Shown here in pieces: positions 60,823 to 64,000 of a stretch of 64,000 nucleotides of DNA. Numbering within the stretch: the stretch's first letter is position 1; the number at the start of each line of letters is the position of its first letter. The DNA is from Mobula hypostoma. Lineage: Eukaryota. The notes beneath the pieces were generated by a model. The model saw only the letters and a program-made list of their open reading frames with translations, searched no databases and was not told where the DNA came from. Both the position numbers and the translations under genes were made by a program. The DNA is taken from contig NC_086097.1 of NCBI RefSeq assembly GCF_963921235.1, positions 28,088,001 through 28,152,000 of the forward strand, given 5' to 3'.

Positions 60823-63391
60823 AAGTTCAGTTACTGAACCTGCCGGATCTACCGTGGGCCTTCGCTCGTATCCTGAGCAGGAACCCTTGCAGGTGCTACC
60901 GTTCCGGGTCAGAGTGGCCCTGGGAGTAATGAATGACTAAGGGGTAACTCCACTTTCCCCAAAGCTCTGAAAGTCCCCAATCAGAGCCTCATCACCACTT
61001 GCAGTTTAGAGTCATACCCAGGACTGATTTCACTTACTCCACTGAAATACTGCTACATCAGACTTTACTTTCTCTCTATCAAATTTCAAGTTGAACTCAA
61101 TCATATTAGGCATTAATAAAAGCCAAAGAGAGGGAATATAACTGAGCAAAAATTAGTAGGAGGTTAGATGCTTGGCAAACTTTCAAATACCAACAGAACA
61201 CAACCAAAAAAAAGTCATTAAGAAGGTAAAGATGGACTATGGAAGTAATCTTGACAATAATATTAAAGAGGATACCGAAAGTTTCTTCAGAAGCATGAAG
61301 TATAAAAGAGAGGCGAAAGTGGATATTGGACCGCCGGAAAATGATACCGGAGAGGTAGTAATGGGGGACAAGGAAATGTCTTATGAACTGAATAAGAATT
61401 TTGCATCAGTCTTCACTGTGGAAGGCACTAGCAGTATGGTGGAAAAGCCAGTTATCGGGATCATGAATTGTGTCAAGTGTGCCAGGGGAGAAGGTTCTAG
61501 GGAAACCGGAAGGTCTGAAGGTAGATAAGTCACTTGGACCAGATGGTGTGCACCCCAGAGTTCTGAAAGAGGTAGCTGAAGAGATTGTGGAGGCATTAAT
61601 AACGATCTTTCAAGAATCATTAGATTCTGGAATGGTTCCGGAAACCTGGAAAATTGCAAAAGTCACTCCAGTCGTCAAGAAGGGAGTGAGGCAGAAGAAA
61701 GGAAATTATAGGCCAGTTAGTCTGATGTTAGTGGCCGGGAAGATGTTGAAGTTGATTGTTAAGGATGTGGCTTCAGAGTACTTGGAGGCACATGATAAAA
61801 TAACCCGTAGTCAGTATGGTTTCCTGACAGATCTGTTGGAATTCTTTGAAGAAAATACAAGCAGGAAAGACAAAGGACAATCAGTTGATGTTGTGTACTT
61901 GAATTTTCAGAAGCCCTTTGACAAGGTGTCACGCATGAGGCTGCTTAGCAAGATACGAGGCCATGGTATTACAAGGAAGATTCTAGCATGGATAAAGCAG
62001 TGGCTAACTGTCAGGAGGAAAAGGGTGGGAATAATGTGAGCCTTTTCTGGTTGGCTGCCAGTGGCTAGTGGTGTTCCACAGTGGTCTGCGTTGGGACCAA
62101 TTCTTTTTATGTCATATGTTAATGATTTGGATGATGAAATTGAGGGCTTTGTTGCAAAGTTTACAGACAATACGAAGATAGGTGGATGGACAGGTAGTTT
62201 TGAGGAAGTAGAGAGACTACAGAAGTACTTATACAGATTAGGAGAGTGGGTAAAGAAATGCTAGATGGAAATACAGTGTCGGGAAGTATATGGTTATGCA
62301 TTTTGGTAGAAGAAGTGAAAGGGTTGTCTATTTTCTGAATGGAGAGAAAGTACAAAACTCTAAGGTGCAAAGGGGCCTTGTGCAGGATTCCCTAAAGGTT
62401 AATTTGCAGGTTGAGTCTGTGGTGAGGAAGGAAAATACAATGCTAGCATTCATTCCAAGAGGAGTAGAATATAAAAGCAAGAACGTAATGTTGAACCTTT
62501 TTAAAGCACTGGTGAAGCCTCACTTGTGTGCAGGTTTGAGCCCTTTATCTTAGAAAGGATGTGCTGAAACTGGAGAAGGTTTAGAGGAGGTTTTCTGAAA
62601 ATGTTTCCAGGATTGAACGACTTGTCATATGAAGAGCGTTTGATGGCTCTTGGGCCTGTGTTCACTAGAATTCAGAGGAATGAGGGGTGACCTCATTGAA
62701 AACTATCGCATGGTGAAAGGCCTTGACAGAGTGGATGTGAAGAGGATGTTTCCTTATGGTGGGAGAGTCTAAGACCAGAGGATACAGCTTCAGAATAGAG
62801 AACTGTTTTTTAGAACACAGATGAGGAGGAATTTCTTGAGCCAGGGAGAGGTGAATCTGTGGAATTTGTTGCCACAGGCCAAGTCTGTATGTAAATTTAA
62901 GGCACTGGTTGATAGATTCTTGATTGGTCAGGGCATGAAGGGATACAGGGAGAAGGCAGGATATTGGGGCTGAGAGGGAAATTGGATCAGCCATGATGAA
63001 ATGGCAGAGCAGACTCAATGGGCCAAATGGCCTAATTCTGCCCCTATATTTTATGGACACTTGTGGAATGTCCTAACAGATATTCAGACTGTGTTGGACG
63101 TTGACACAAATTACTCCCTTCACTGTATGCTTTGAAATACATGTGACAGATAAAGCTTATCTTTATCCTTCTATTTCATATGTAAAGGACTAGAAAGGTG
63201 GCCAAAACACAATAACCTGCATTTACAGCAAAACAAAAACAAACTGCTCAGTGGGTCACAAAGCAACTGTGGAGGCAGAGTCATGGTCGGTATTTTGGAC
63301 CAAGATCCTATAATGAGCATGAGTTGCCGTACCAGACCATGATGCAGTCAAGATACTTCAATCTGTAGAAATTCATTAGAGCATCTGATGC

Positions 63392-64000
63392 TGTCATGGT
63401 CCGGTCCGTGAAGTCCGCATTCCAATTCATGGTCCGGTCCATCGATCTGTATTCCAGGTTTTCTGGTTTTCCCTTGTCCTGTTGTATGCCTTAATTGAGG
63501 CACATGATTCTGATCTTGGGCTGGCTACATAAACAACTCCTGGGTTCAGCTTCAGTTGCTGGACTGTTCCCTTCCCTCCCCTTCACCTCACCTTCCTCAG
63601 CTCGCCTGGCCAGGCCGTAGGGCCTGGACTCGTACACAGAACACGGAGAGATGGTTCCCAACACAAGGTAGCGGCAAACTGCCGGACCTACCCGGCCCGG
63701 CCCCCTCGCACTGCTGTCAAGTTCAACTGCTGGAGCAAGATAAGGAACTGTCTATCATTGTTTTGAACTGTCTCTGTGTCCATGTCTTCACTAGGTAGGT
63801 CCAGCCGTTTGCTGCTACCTAGTATTGGGAACTGTCTCTCTGTGTCCATGCCTTCACTAGGTAGGTCCGGCCACTTGCCGCTACCTTGCGTTGGAAACTG
63901 TCTCTCTGTGTTCTGTGTACGAGTCCCGGCCCTATGTCCTGCTCCCTAGGAGGAGTCCTGACTCTGTGTAGAGCCCCGGCCCCAAGTCCTGTTCCCAAGG
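63392..64000. mobile_element. Probable LTR with internal tandem repeats (cut by window end)
   Basis: Starts TGTCATGG; contains two ~65-bp units (GAACTGTCTCT..GTGTCCATG.CTTCACTAGGTAGGTCC) at about 63766-63900 and ~35-bp units near 63915-64000. No far end visible. Confidence 0.45.

Larger units (their letters stand above)
58264..61026 (-). mobile_element. RTE-clade LINE, 5'-complete, with an internal deletion and frameshifts
   Basis: APE domain (TWNVR, GISEVRW, QVYAPT, NQIDFI, SDH); RT pieces (KAFDKV, RQGC.FSP.LFN, RYADD, FCYLGS); GAT-repeat 3' tail; imperfect duplication ATTTC(C/A)CTT at both ends. Confidence 0.88.
56077..61107 (-). mobile_element. CR1 LINE, same family as 2292-10455, interrupted by an RTE
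   Basis: RT ORFs 56192-57813; the CR1 sequence at 58250-58263 resumes at about 61028. Confidence 0.88.
55060..63056 (+). mobile_element. CR1 LINE (EN 55330-56075; RT 61108-63056) split by a nested CR1/RTE insertion
   Basis: ...TGGCTAACAAGAGAAATCGAAGCC (56076) resumes as ATAAAAGCCAAAGAGAGGG (about 61116); RT motifs in ORFs 61172-62553. Confidence 0.8.

Noticed and set aside
63760..64000. Regularly spaced repeats as a CRISPR-like array
   Set aside because: Eukaryotic context, no unique spacers, no cas genes; ordinary tandem units in a probable LTR.

Overview
Eukaryotic, repeat-dense vertebrate DNA. The repeat families (CR1, Penelope-like, V-SINE, Rex1/Babar, Tc1, Tigger) suggest a cartilaginous fish, probably a ray; this is inference. 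The one host gene I can support is coding exon 1 of RPS6KA5/MSK1 (minus strand, 47862-47919), with a CCAAT-rich CpG-island promoter at about 47.8-48.35 kb. I found no exon 2, so bases 1-47861 are probably all intron 1. The rest is layered transposons: a very young, internally deleted Gmr1-type Gypsy LTR element (3387-8157); several Penelope-like elements (PLEs) whose terminal repeats carry minimal hammerhead ribozyme motifs, some as fold-back pairs; a 5'-complete RTE LINE whose leader can form a pseudoknotted fold I cannot match to a known ribozyme class; a Tigger derivative with a ~217-bp internal hairpin; and Tc1, hAT MITE and many CR1 pieces, often nested. Most ORFs in the supplied track are transposon fragments or antisense shadows. 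All family assignments come from motif recognition by eye, not database searches.
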